Shown here piece by piece: positions 44,302 to 58,775 of a DNA stretch of 64,000 nt. The notes under the pieces were generated by a model. It made no database searches and had not been told where the DNA came from. It saw only the letters and a program-made list of their open reading frames with translations. Position numbers and translations under genes: made by a program. How positions within the stretch are numbered: the stretch's first letter is position 1; every line of letters begins with the position of its first letter. The DNA comes from Octopus vulgaris (taxonomy: Eukaryota), in contig OX597830.1 in the NCBI GenBank assembly GCA_951406725.2, forward strand, positions 14,074,001 through 14,138,000. Reading direction: 5' to 3'.

Positions 44302-44500
44302 AGTGAGCTGGCAGAATCGTTACCGTATTGGACCAAATGCTTAGCAGCATTTTGTTCGTCTTTACGTTACGAGTTCGAATTTCGTCGAGATCGCCTTTGC
44401 CTTTAATCCTTTCGGAATCGATAAAGAAGTAGCAGCTGAGCACAGGGAACGATGTAATTGACTTACTACCCCTGAAATTGCTGGCTTCGCGCCAAAATTT
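44302..44500 (+). mobile_element. Diverged SINE family B
   Basis: Head GTGAGCTGGCAGAATCGTTA, B-box GAGTTCGAATTTC. Confidence 0.75.
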
Positions 44501-44679
44501 AAGAGGTTGTGTAGTGGGCGAAGCAGAAAGGATTAAAGAAAGACGAATACCTCTTCGGTAATGTTCCACTTGAAAAGGAAAGTGATGGTGGAGAGGGAAG
44601 AGCTACTTCCCAGTGAATTTGTGAAAAAAATGGGTGATTCTATCAAAAATTGTTAGAGTGGAAACTGCGAGAAACCCTA

Positions 44680-45250
44680 GTTGGAGTCTCTCCCGTAACA
44701 GGAGGACTGCATTATTCATATTACCACACACTTTGTATTCTGTATATATTTTTATCGCATTTCACTATCTTTCCCATTTCTCTCTCGCCATCCTTTATGC
44801 ATCCCCCTCCCAAATCAAATTGTCCTCTATCCTGATGTCCAGTTTAAGTAGGCTTGTACAGTATTAGATTTATTTGTGGGGAAATATATGACATAATAGA
44901 AGGCCTTAAGAACTTCTTCATTATCTCCTCTAGTCCATTTTTCATTCTTTTTCTCTTGGTTATTTGATGACGAGCATAGATGGCCATCTGTTGGAAATTC
45001 CGGTTGTGGGGTATTTCTAGCTCCTGTGTTATTTCGGGAAGATTTGAACTAGTACATGATTTCTCGTACCCTATCTGGTTCATTGTTCGAATATGCGGTC
45101 CTTGGTGATCCGGGTGATGGCAGATTCGGTTTGTATTTTGCTTTGTTATCATTGAAGCATGACGAGCTTGGACGTTGACATCAGGGAGCGGATCTGTCAG
45201 TTTAGGGTTAATTTTTTGAGACAACACAACCTCCGAGTTCTCTGAATGAA
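44680..45250 (-). mobile_element. Probable N-terminal fragment of an R4/Dong element
   Basis: RMK/WTRGDNEEVLKAFYY across a frameshift near 44940 resembles the KWT..EN motif near 40055. Confidence 0.4.
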
Positions 45251-45862
45251 AACCGTGCTCGTAACGTAACTTCCTAAGGCTAATAGATCTGTATTTATTT
45301 TGTTGATAGATTTATCTTCGGTATAGTTTTTTGTGGTGCTTTAAAATTATGAATTGTTCACTCTGTTTGTAATAGTTCGAAAAATAAAAAAAATTGTTTT
45401 GCTTTGTTTATTTTCGTTTTTTTTTTGCTTTGTTTGTGACACGTGTCTTCATATGCATGTATGTGCGTCCTATAAATTTCACGTAGTTGTGTGAACATTG
45501 GGACGTATGTGTAGTTCTATGGGTATTAAAATGTATATATGGTTCAGCAGACATTCGAGTGTATGTGTAAGAAATCAATTTATGTATTTACAGTTTTGTC
45601 CCATTTATATTTTATAATTAGTAAGCTTTCCGATGTTGATTTCATGAGTGTGTTTCGCATATGATTCACTGAGACATCATGTTTAGGAGAAACTCTGGCA
45701 GTAAAATTTCGTTTTGGGGATTATTTTCTTTAAAATGCCGCTTCCTTCAAGTCTTCCACAGGTTCCTTTATCCCATTCCACCGATGTTATTTGATTAGAT
45801 TAGTTTTTGAATAGAGAGCCCGGTTTAATACATCCATGTTGTTATTCAGCACAGAGCTGTGT

Positions 45863-46029
45863 CTTCTTCTTCTTCTTCTTCTTCTTCTTCTTCTTCTTCT
45901 TCTTCTTCTTCTTCTTCTTCTTCTTCTTCTTCTTCTTCTTCTTCTTCTTCTTCTTCTTCTTCTTCTTCTTCTTCTCCTCCTCCTCCTCCTCCTCCTCCTT
46001 CTTCTTCTTCTTCTTCTTCTTCTTCTTCT
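45863..46029. repeat. (TTC)n/(TCC)n microsatellite
   Basis: Read directly. Confidence 0.95.
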
Positions 46030-47327
46030 ACCCCTTCTTGTCTTTGCACAGATTCTAACGCTAGAGATGTACTAAGGTGCCAGCTGTTCACTACCAGTGT
46101 AATAATGTAACACACCTTATTTTTCGAGCACCATCCGGAGTATTCGAATGGTTTCCAGTAGTGATGCTTTCTGCAAGTGCTCCACCCTTATTGCAGCCCC
46201 TATTTGTTCCATATACTTTTCAAGATTTTTACTCACTGTTCCCAGAACTCCGACAAGTATTGGTTCTACTAACACCTTATTCAGCGACCGCAACTGCTTA
46301 ACTTCCCAAGCTAACCTGTTATATCTATCGAATTTTCTTTCTTCCTTATCATATACCTTGTTGTCAGCTGGGCATGCTATATCTATGATCCAGTATTGTT
46401 TGCTTTCTTTCTCAATTAATAGCATGTCTGGCTTCATATTCTGTATCTCATGGTCGCACTGTATCACAAAATCCCATAGGAGCTTTACATTATTTTTTTT
46501 GATATGCATCAAATGATGCAAAAGAAGGCATAATTATGATGTTTTCGACATTATGTTCGTACCACTGTTTTGCTCTATCAAGTCCACATTTGTTGCAAAG
46601 TGTCCAATGGAGAATCCTTGCTATTTTGTCATGACGTCATTTATGTTCTTTCTGGACTAGTGGCATACATTGACTGGTAATATGCCATACGGTTTCACCA
46701 TTTTCTCCACAAATTCTGCACTTATCACTTTCTGTATTTGATGTAATTAGTTCTTAATGCTTGCTCTTGGGCAGCGCAGATCAGAGCTTTCGTTTCCGGT
46801 TTTAAATCACTTTTAGTCATCCCATGCCATCGTTTTTCTCTGGCTTATCTTCAACATCCCCATGATATTGTCCATGCATTCCTTTCTTTATTCACCTATT
46901 TTCAGTTTCATTGATTCTGCAGTCCTTGTACAGTGCTTTTTGTTTGCAATCTTCCATCCTACACAAGCCTGACTTTCTTGCTTCCAAGAATAGTGGCCCT
47001 GTGGAATGTTTTTATATACCAGGCTATGTTGTTTTCTTCTGCTCTAATGCTGTGTTTGCATCCGATCAGTTCGCTTCCCCTCTTTTTCTTGGTACATACA
47101 GTCTGTCTGTGTTACGTTTTGGGTTGCGTATCCCATATCTAGCCTGCAACTTCCTTGTTTTTCTATCTAAGCTGTTTAGTACATCTACTTTCCATGCGAT
47201 TAACCCTGCACCATATTAAGGAGTGAAACCGCCCAGATGTTGATAGCATCGACCTTATTCCGTCCGTTTAATTTCGACTTAAGGATCAGTCTCAGTCTGC
47301 GCAAGTACTCCACCTTAAACGTTTCTG

Positions 47328-47330
<3 letters not shown>
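46030..47330 (-). mobile_element. 3' half of an R4/Dong element, degenerate
   Basis: EYLRRLRLILKSKLNGRNKVDAIN, CRIC, LLWDFVIQCD, KPDM, IIDIACP; bounded by (TTA)n and (TTC)n. Confidence 0.88.
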
Positions 47331-47368
<38 letters not shown>

Positions 47369-48165
47369 GTTATTATTATTATTACCATCATCATACTGTA
47401 TCATACTTTTAGCAGCACAATTCTGAAATTTCACTAATGGAGGCTTATAGAAATATTTTGATGAAAATTTGAAGTCACTATGAACAAAGTTATATTAAAT
47501 ATTCGACTCATATATGCATGGAAAAAAGGTTGTGTTATAATACTATTCCACAACCATACCAACATCCACTAATACTAATCCACAAAAATAAAAACAGCCA
47601 TACCAACAACCTAACAGACCCCCATCCTCAGCTGTCCCACAGATATCATCATGGTTTCGACACCTGGGCAGAACCATTCAATCCGGCAGTGTCAACAGCT
47701 CTAGCATAAGTGTTGTTTGGGAACAAACAAACCCAAAAAACCACAACTTTCAAACACATTAACCAATGTACAACCGTATCGATAAATAATTTCAATAAAT
47801 AAATTACAACCCCTCATAACTACGTAACTAGACAGCGACAACTCTATTAAGTCAGTCATAAAAAATTATAATCCCTACCGTCTTCCGTAGTGTAAAGCTT
47901 AATTAATAACCACATTATTTCATTCAATCAATATATAGGCAGGACTAAACACGAACCTTACTAAAACTACTACAAAAGTCATTTAAACCAATATACATTA
48001 TATCGGTATCAATAATAAACTGCAATAATTATTGTGGTGTTCAGTTATAATTAAAACTATTTTACAGTATGTTCTTGACAGTGACTTCGAAGTTCTGGGC
48101 AGCCATCGTCGGCTGTTCGAACATCGAACATCGAACTCATTGTCAACAACATTCTCCTATAAGAA

Positions 48166-48232
<67 letters not shown>

Positions 48233-48234
<2 letters not shown>

Positions 48235-48644
48235 CGCAGAAGTGGCTGTGTGGTAAATAGCTTACTAACCAACCACATGGTTCCGGGTTCAGTCCCACTG
48301 CGTGGCATCTTGGGCAAGTGTCTTCTGCTATAGCCCCGGGCGGACCAATGCCTTGTGAGTGGATTTGGTAGACGGAAACTGAAAGAAGCCTGTCGTATAT
48401 ATGTATATATATATGTGTGTGTGTATGTGTGTGTGTGTATGTCTGTGTTTGTTCCCCTAGCATTGCTTGACAACCGATGCTGATGTGTTTACGTCCCCGT
48501 CACTTAGCGGTTCGGCAAAGAGACCGATAGAATAAGTACTGGGCTTACAAGGAATAAGTTCTGGGGTCGATTTGCTCGACTAAAGGCGGTACTCCAGCAT
48601 GGCCGCAGTCAAATGACTGAAACAAGTAAAAGAATAAAAGAATA
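48233..48644 (+). mobile_element. SINE family A
   Basis: Full-length match to 143-582. Confidence 0.9.
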
Positions 48645-48654
48645 TACATTCAAA

Positions 48655-48864
48655 ATGTGACCGCGTGTGTACCGTTGGCGATTTTTTTCCTCCGTCTTCC
48701 CTTCTTTGGGTCTTTCCTTTTCCTATGTTTCTGACGAAGAGCTCCGCTCGAAACGTTAAACCCTCCTTTTTTCCTTCTTACCTGAGCGTCCAACAAGACT
48801 ATACTTGTTCCACGTCCTCACGCTGTTGTGTTTTCTCTTTGTGTTTTCATGTTTGGATTAACTA
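48655..48864 (+). mobile_element. Dispersed repeat with intact hammerhead motif (Penelope pLTR/retrozyme-like)
   Basis: Homologous to 15316-15522; followed by (TA)n. Confidence 0.72.
48727..48761 (+). ncRNA. Minimal type I hammerhead ribozyme (predicted)
   Basis: GUUU-CUGACGA-A-GAGC-UCC-GCUC-GAAA-CG-UU-AAAC: stem I GUUU/AAAC, stem II GAGC/GCUC, palindromic ACGU stem III; predicted cleavage after 48757. Confidence 0.7.
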
Positions 48865-48867
48865 ACT

Positions 48868-48936
<69 letters not shown>

Positions 48937-49517
48937 CATACATACACACATATATGTATATATATATATATAATATTAATATAATATCAATATAATAAAA
49001 ATATATATCTATATATACATATATGTGTGTATGTATATATATATATATATATATACGCAGGTATAAATGTATGCATATATACATATAAATACATATAAAA
49101 GTATATATGTTCAACACAATTACATATACATACATATACATAGATATATATATATATATGTATATATAAGCACGTACGCTTGCAGACACACACACGCATT
49201 AGTGTGCGCGCACACACACACATACACACACACGCACACACACACATGTTTCTGTATACGTGTCTCTGTTCGTTTCAATACGGCCGCATGTTTACATAAA
49301 TGCAGTAATCAGTGTGCACAGGTAAAAGACTACGATTCCCTCCAATCAATTCACAATTAAATATAGACATATACACCTCTGTGTCTGTGTGTTCTATGTT
49401 CCCGTGTACGCCTGTCTACGCGGATTGCTGTGTGTGCCTGTGCTACCTTGATGTGTAATGCTTCGGTTAATACGTCTCTTTTGTATGTGTGTCTGTGTTG
49501 AAGTATCTATAAATATT

Positions 49518-49561
<44 letters not shown>

Positions 49562-49721
49562 TGTGTGTGTGTGTGTGTGAATGTGTTTGTGTGTATGCTT
49601 TGTTATAAATTTGGATGTGTGAGAGTAAAATTACATGCGTCTTTGTTCGTGAGTTCGACGTTTCGTGCATATGTGTGTAGGTTTATAGGTGGTGTTTTTA
49701 TATATATATATATATATATAC

Positions 49722-49762
<41 letters not shown>

Positions 49763-50097
49763 TGTGTGAGTGCATGTGTGTCTATGTGTTGTGTATTTAT
49801 TTGTTATAGGAGGAACATTTCATTTCATCAAACATTAAATATACTAAAATAAGCGGTAAGGACTAAAATGCGAATTAATTATATAGTAGTATTTTATGAA
49901 GCTAAAGAGGAATATAAAGGAATTAACAAAGACTTCCACAGACACATAAGCAAACGCACACACCTGCATTACTGAGCAGGTGTATGCATCTTACACGTAC
50001 ATGCATACACACAGAAACACAATGACGTACAATATGTACAGAAGCTCGGAGATACACATAGAGATATTTCTCCGTATGAATAAGTACGATATGAGAC

Positions 50098-50128
<31 letters not shown>

Positions 50129-50228
50129 ACACATATACATATATATATAGAAGCATAGGTAAACAGTATTTAATGATTATTTATTACGAAATACAGTTAA
50201 TATAACAAGGTTGTGCAGATACATGCAA

Positions 50229-50270
<42 letters not shown>

Positions 50271-50296
50271 CTGTATATATATTTCTGTATATATAT

Positions 50297-50370
<74 letters not shown>

Positions 50371-50548
50371 ACATACATACATAGAGACAGACAGATACAT
50401 ACAAATACAAATATATATATGGATTTATGTAAAATTAAGCATGTATGTATTCCATGTATATAATATAGTATAAGATGTATGTACATATTTATAGATATAC
50501 ATATAGATAGACATATATATATATATATATATACACATGTATACATAT

Positions 50549-50597
<49 letters not shown>

Positions 50598-50671
50598 TAT
50601 ATACATAGACACACATATATATGTGTACATATATATACATATATATATGCATATATAGATATATGTATATG

Positions 50672-50707
<36 letters not shown>

Positions 50708-50743
50708 TATATATACATATACATATATATTTATATATACATT

Positions 50744-50809
<66 letters not shown>

Positions 50810-51108
50810 ATACTATATGACAAAATATGTGCGTGTACAAATGCGCGTGTATGCATGGCAAATGTGTATGTGCACACACTCACGCTTATATATACACATA
50901 CATAGATATGTGTGTGTGTATATGTGTGTGGATGCGTGAGTGTGTGTTTGTGTTTATATATATACACAGTATATATGCCGGCATGCATGCATAGCTATCA
51001 ACGCGGGCATAGCGATGTAGTTAGAGTAGTTAAGCTCTGCTGGCAACCACGTGGTTTCGCCTACAATACAACAGCACGCACCTTGGGCGTCTTCAACTCT
51101 CTTTGCCG

Positions 51109-51152
<44 letters not shown>

Positions 51153-51568
51153 TTCTCTCTTTCTTTCCCACATTCTCCCTCTCTCCTTCTCTTTCCCTCA
51201 GTTTGCACACCCTCATACACACACACACAAACACACACACACTCGCTCACATACACACACATAGTAATATATAATAAAAATATATGTGTATGCGTCTAGT
51301 CACATGGTCGATTTGTTTATAGGTACTAAGCATGGGTGAGTGTGCATAAACACTTTTGCATGGTTTCTAATTATTCAGAAAACGCCCATGCTGGGACACA
51401 ACGTTCAGGTGTTTTTCCGAATGTTAAATATCTTCAGTTAAGTGTGATATTTTCTGGAAGTGTATGCCCAGCACAAAATGGCCATTTCCTAATCAGCCAG
51501 GTTCAATACTAAGGATATAACTCACACATGCGCTCACTCTGTAACTCACATATCTACGGAATCAATCA

Positions 51569-51670
<102 letters not shown>

Positions 51671-51780
51671 GAATATCTCTCTCTCTCTCTCTGATTCTCT
51701 CTTTCTCTCCCTCGTTCCATACATACATTCATACATAAATATATAAACACACACACGAAATTAATTATATTCCACCCTTT

Positions 51781-51828
<48 letters not shown>

Positions 51829-51830
51829 TG

Positions 51831-51862
<32 letters not shown>

Positions 51863-51986
51863 GAATATATATATATATATATACATACATATACATACAT
51901 ATACATATATGAATATATATATATATATATACATATATACATACATATACATACATATGCATATATGTATATATACATATACATAC

Positions 51987-52048
<62 letters not shown>

Positions 52049-52237
52049 ATATATATAACACATGTACCCCCATACATAAATGCACACACAAAGTGGTCTT
52101 ACATTCATAAACTCACACAGATACTAACACATCCTGGCGCTTGGAAAGCTTCATTATTTAAATCTTTTATTAGTTTCCAATACCCGCCTCACAATACTGG
52201 AGAAATGATGATCACAAATATCATATATAAATTATAG

Positions 52238-52935
<698 letters not shown>

Positions 52936-53284
52936 ATAACATATAGTGCAATAGCCACCGAAAGCACTATCTTGCTGATCAGTGTCCTTTGTCGCGTTAT
53001 TAACTTAATTTTCAGCCTTTACGTTGCAAAATTGTGAATTAGACACCCATATTATTTCTATACATATATATATATATATTATAGTATACGTGTATATATA
53101 TTATTGTCTATCTACCTATCATATGCATATATATGTATATATATATAAATCTATATGCATACATACATACATTGCACACACGCAAAGGTAGATTGATAAT
53201 ACATAGTTGCACATGCATATATTCATATACATACATGCCTGTATATATGTGTGTATATACATAAATACATACATTTATATATAA

Positions 53285-53345
<61 letters not shown>

Positions 53346-53819
53346 AATGTTTGTGTGTGTGTGTGTACGTATTTATACATGTTCAGGCATGTAGATAAAT
53401 ATACATACACGAATCTACATACATCTCCAGCTTGCTATTCAGGATGCTAAGATGAGGTGTTTATATGGTTAGCCGAGCCCCACCCATGCATTTCCCTCCT
53501 GTGTTTCAAAGCTGTGTTAATCTAGTTCTCAACTGGAAATCGAAGGGCGGAGCTGCTGTTGATGAGGTCCTCTACAAAGTTCCTTTTCCCCTTTGAAACA
53601 TAAGTTTTAGACTGAAAAATTGGGGTTGGAAGTCAATGAAGGGTGCATAGCAGAAAATCTAACACACTTGATATATAAAATCTAACACACACATATATGC
53701 ATGTGGGTGTGCGTGTGTCTGTGAAAGAGATTGTGTGGTTGGGAGCCGGATTTCTTACATGCATATATTAAAACCTGTGCTCCTGTAGATCCCATATATA
53801 TATATATATATATATATGT

Positions 53820-54092
53820 TCTATTCTTTTAAAGTCATTTGATTCTTACCATGCTAGAGTACAGTCTTTGGACGAAGAAATTGGCCACAGGACTTATTCT
53901 TTGTAAGCCTAGTACTTATTCTATCGGACTTTTTTTTTTACCGAACCACTAAGTTTCGGGGACGTAAACACACCAACATCGCTGGTCAAACGATGGTGGT
54001 GGTGGGGGGGGGGGGCAGACAGCCACAGACACGCACACACACAAACACACACATAAATATATATACATACATATACACACACGCACACACTA

Positions 54093-54131
<39 letters not shown>

Positions 54132-54292
54132 GGCGCAGGCGTTAAGTAGCTTGCTTACCAACAACAAGGTTCCAGGTTCAGTCCCACTGCGTGGCACCTT
54201 GGGTATTTTTGTTCTACTATAGCCTCAGGCCAACCGTAGCCTTGTGAGTATATTTGATAGACGGAAACTGAAAGAAGCCCGTCGTATATATG

Positions 54293-54389
<97 letters not shown>

Positions 54390-54625
54390 GGCAAGTGTGT
54401 GTGTTATTATGTCTGCATTTGCTCACCCCCACCCCCAACATCGCTTGATAACCGATGGTGGCGCGTTTGAGCCCCCGTAACTTATCGGTTCAGCAAAAGA
54501 TTGCGATAGAATAAGTACTAGGTTTACAAAGTGTAAGTCCTGGGGTCGATTTGCTCGACTAAAGGCGGTGCTCCCGCATGGCCGCAGTCAAATGACTGAA
54601 ACAAGCAAAAAGAAAAGAATATATA

Positions 54626-54671
<46 letters not shown>

Positions 54672-54844
54672 AATATAAATATATACGTCGGGCTTCTTTC
54701 AGTTTCCGTCTACCAAATCTACTCACAAGTCTTTGGTTGGCCCAAGGCTACAGTAGAAGACACTTGCCCAAGGTGCCATGCAGTGGGACTGAACCTGGAA
54801 CCATGTGGTTGGTAAGCAAGCTACTTACCACACAGCTACACCTG
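53820..54844. mobile_element. Cluster of SINE family A: minus 3' half (53820-54035), plus copy (54132-54620), minus 5' half (54684-54844)
   Basis: Matches to family A in both orientations; may be one minus copy split by a plus copy in its internal microsatellite. Confidence 0.8.
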
Positions 54845-54846
54845 AC

Positions 54847-55072
<226 letters not shown>

Positions 55073-55142
55073 ATAAATTAATTTTACTCTGCTATGTATT
55101 GTACCTTACTTACTGTGGTTAACCCCGAATCAACCCGGGACC

Positions 55143-55185
<43 letters not shown>

Positions 55186-55192
55186 GTGTATG

Positions 55193-55249
<57 letters not shown>

Positions 55250-55378
55250 ATTCATATATATATATAAAAGATCATGTTGAACCAGTCGACGATTGCAGGC
55301 TACAGTCAGGAACTCTTTATACCATGAGACAGAACAAAGTTGGTGAAACATCTATTCCAAAACTCTCAGAGTTTTTCC

Positions 55379-55609
55379 TATTTCTTTTCTGCCCGTAATG
55401 AGCTAAACAAAAAGTGGACAAACGAGGACAGACAAACGGATTAAGTCGATTATATCGACCCCCGTGCGTAACTGGTACTTATTAAATCTACCCCAAATCG
55501 ATGACAGGCAAAGTCGAGCTCGGCTGAATTTGAACTCAGAACGTAACGGCAGGCGAAATACGGCTACGCATTTCGCTCGGCGTGCTAACGATACTGCCAA
55601 CTCACCGCC
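55379..55609 (-). mobile_element. SINE family B with snap-back 5' junction
   Basis: 20-bp TSD AAAACTCTCAGAGT(T/A)TTTCC at 55359-55378 and 55632-55651. Confidence 0.85.
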
Positions 55610-55899
55610 TTTTTCTCAGCTCACCGCTGAGAAAACTCTCAGAGTATTTCCATTCATTGAACGTCCTAAAATGATCCTTTATTTTAATGAAACTTAAAAG
55701 AATGGAAAGACAATTTGACCTTGCTGGAATTGAAACAGAGAGCAAATAGAAACGAATTATTCATCACAAATCTTATCCCTTTCTCTCTTTTGCCAAATTT
55801 ATGGCGTGTATACATACATCTAATCACACATGTGTGTGTGTTTATGTATGTATATTTGTATGCATGTGTTTATATAAGTATGTATGTGTATATATATGC

Positions 55900-55977
<78 letters not shown>

Positions 55978-56107
55978 GCATAAGCATATATATATATATA
56001 TATATAAATATATATATAAATATACATATACAGGTACATATATAGATATATTCTTTTATTCTTTTACTTGTTTCAGTCATTTGACTGTGGCCATGCTGGA
56101 GCACCGT

Positions 56108-56177
<70 letters not shown>

Positions 56178-56228
56178 ATATATATATATAACAAAGTGAA
56201 GTTGTAAGGTACCACACGAGTGGAAATA

Positions 56229-56341
56229 TATATGAAAGAAGGTTTGAAAATGCAATTTTAAAATATGTTTATTCACTTAAATATCTTTTAATAAATAATA
56301 AATATCTTTTAAAATTGCATTTTAAAACCTTCTTTCATATA
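56229..56341. repeat. AT-rich inverted repeat of about 45 bp
   Basis: TATGAAAGAAGGTTTGAAAATGCAATTTTAAAA pairs with TTTTAAAATTGCATTTTAAAACCTTCTTTCATA (1 mismatch). Confidence 0.85.
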
Positions 56342-56430
56342 CATATATATATATATATATATATGCATGTATATGTATGTATATATAGACGCTATATGCA
56401 TAATAGTTATGATCTGATATGATATGATAT

Positions 56431-56506
<76 letters not shown>

Positions 56507-56754
56507 TGTGTGAGTGTGTGTGTGTGTGTGTGTCTATGAATGAACAAATTCCAAAGAAACCGGTGTTGGTTTAACACTGCAAAACTTGTATTACTATGTA
56601 AAATCGTTAAAATGCATTCAGTGGTTTCGCTGTTGACAGACGTTGATCAAACGATTTGAACAGCGTCTTCTCCTCGGAAATATTGATAGGAAAATAATTA
56701 GTGAGACATAGTTGTACTTTAAGTCCTTTGTAAATGATGTGTACGTACGTACTC

Positions 56755-57331
56755 TTTTCTACTCTAGGCACAAGGCCCGAATTTTTGGGGAGTGGGGGCA
56801 GTCGATTAGATCAAAACCAATATGCAACTGGTATTTAATTTATCGACCCCGAAAGGATGAAAGGCAAAGTCGGCCTCGGCGGAATTTGAACTCAGAACGT
56901 AACGGCAGCCGAAATACCTATTTCTTTACTACCCACAAGGGGCTAAACACAGAGAGGACAAACAAGGACAGACAAACGGATTAAGTCGGTTATATCGACC
57001 CCAGTACGTAACTGGTACTTATTTATCGAGCCCGAAAGGATGAAAGGCAATGTCGACTTCGGCGGAACTTAAACTCAGAACATGAAGACGACCGAAATAC
57101 CTATTTCGTTACTACCCACAAGGGGCTAAACACAGAGAGGACAAACAAGGACAGACAAACGGATTAAGTCGATTATATCGACCCCAGTGCGTAACTGGTA
57201 CTTATTTAATCGACCTCGAACGGATGAAATGTAGAGTCGACCTCGACAGAATTTGAACTCAGAACGTAGCGCCAGACGAAATACCTCTAAGCATTTCGCC
57301 CGGCGTGCTAACGATTCTGCCAGCTCGCCGC
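56755..57331 (-). mobile_element. Head-to-tail trimer of SINE family B
   Basis: One head; junctions GAAATA|GGTATTTCGG at 57101/57102 and 56918/56919; last unit has the older tail. Confidence 0.88.
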
Positions 57332-57351
57332 TTTATGTATATACTAACAAC

Positions 57352-57752
57352 ACTCTTTCATTTGTTTCAGTCATTTGACTGTGGCCATGCTGGAGCACCA
57401 CCTTTTAGTCGATCAAATCGACCCCAGGACTTATTCTTCGTAAGCCTAGTACTTATTCTATCGGTCTCTTTTGCCGAACCGCTAAGTCACGGGGACGTAA
57501 ACACACTAGAATCGGTTGTCAAGCGATGTTGGCGGGGACAAACACAGACACACAAACACACACGCATATATATGTATATTACATATATACGACGGGCTTC
57601 TTTCAGTTTCCGTCTACCAAATCCACTCACAAGGCTTTGGTCGGCCCATGGCTATAGTAGAAGACACTTGTCCAAGGTGCCACGCAGTGGGACTGAACCC
57701 GGAACCATGTGGTTGGTAAGCAAGCTACTTACCACACAGCCACTCCTACGCC
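57352..57752 (-). mobile_element. SINE family A
   Basis: Full-length reverse match. Confidence 0.9.
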
Positions 57753-58636
57753 TTACCTAAAAAACAATGCACGATAGCTTCAAACAATAAATTCTCTTAT
57801 GAAGACACTAATCGAGTTTTAAGTGAGTTCACAAATACTGATTCACTGAGCAAACCAGAGGCTGGTTCAACCTGAGCGGGGAGATTTTAAAAAATGTGTA
57901 CTAATTTGTGTAATCATCCGTTTGCAGATCAATACAAACGAATATTTTCCAAAATCACAACTTTTTCCAAAACTGCAACTTTTTTCCAAAATTGGAACTT
58001 TTCCCAAGGTCTACTGCACTTTTTGCCATGTACAATATTCTTTGTTTTCATAGAATTTAAAAGTATTTTAACTGTTGTTTACATATTGAACACTGTTCTC
58101 TTACAAATAAACAAAAAAAAAATCCGGAGACCAGGTTCTAAACTTGTGTTCTACGGCCTGGAACATACACATATATACATGCATGCACATGTACATGTAT
58201 AAGTCGGCATTAGTATTAAGATGGATATATTAGAGGAAGGGCACACACATTAGCTCATGCATAAACATATTCAAAATAAAAGTAGATAACTACACACAGA
58301 AAGTCACCTGGTCACGTGCAGAGTTACATAAGAACAGGTGCTTACACAGAAACAAAGGGAAAGACATGCAAACAATACACATATAATTAATACATTAATA
58401 ATAGCACACACACACACATAAACACACTCACTCTCACAGACATGCATATACATACATATATATATATATATGTATATATATAATTACACATAGAGGGGTA
58501 GATACAGGTGTACATATACCTAGAGAAAGAGACACATGCACGTACAGAAACTTATATATTCACATGTACAGGAAACACCCTTTATATGTATGTATAAATA
58601 TATGCAATATATATATACATACATATCTGCACATAC

Positions 58637-58713
<77 letters not shown>

Positions 58714-58732
58714 TACATATATGCATACATAC

Positions 58733-58775
<43 letters not shown>

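Noticed and set aside
48085-48115. CCGACGATGGCTGCCCAGAAC on the minus strand as a hammerhead
   Set aside because: Two core mismatches and no convincing stems I or III
56755-57331. CRISPR-like or satellite array
   Set aside because: Units are full SINE bodies with no repeat-spacer structure; eukaryotic context with no cas genes
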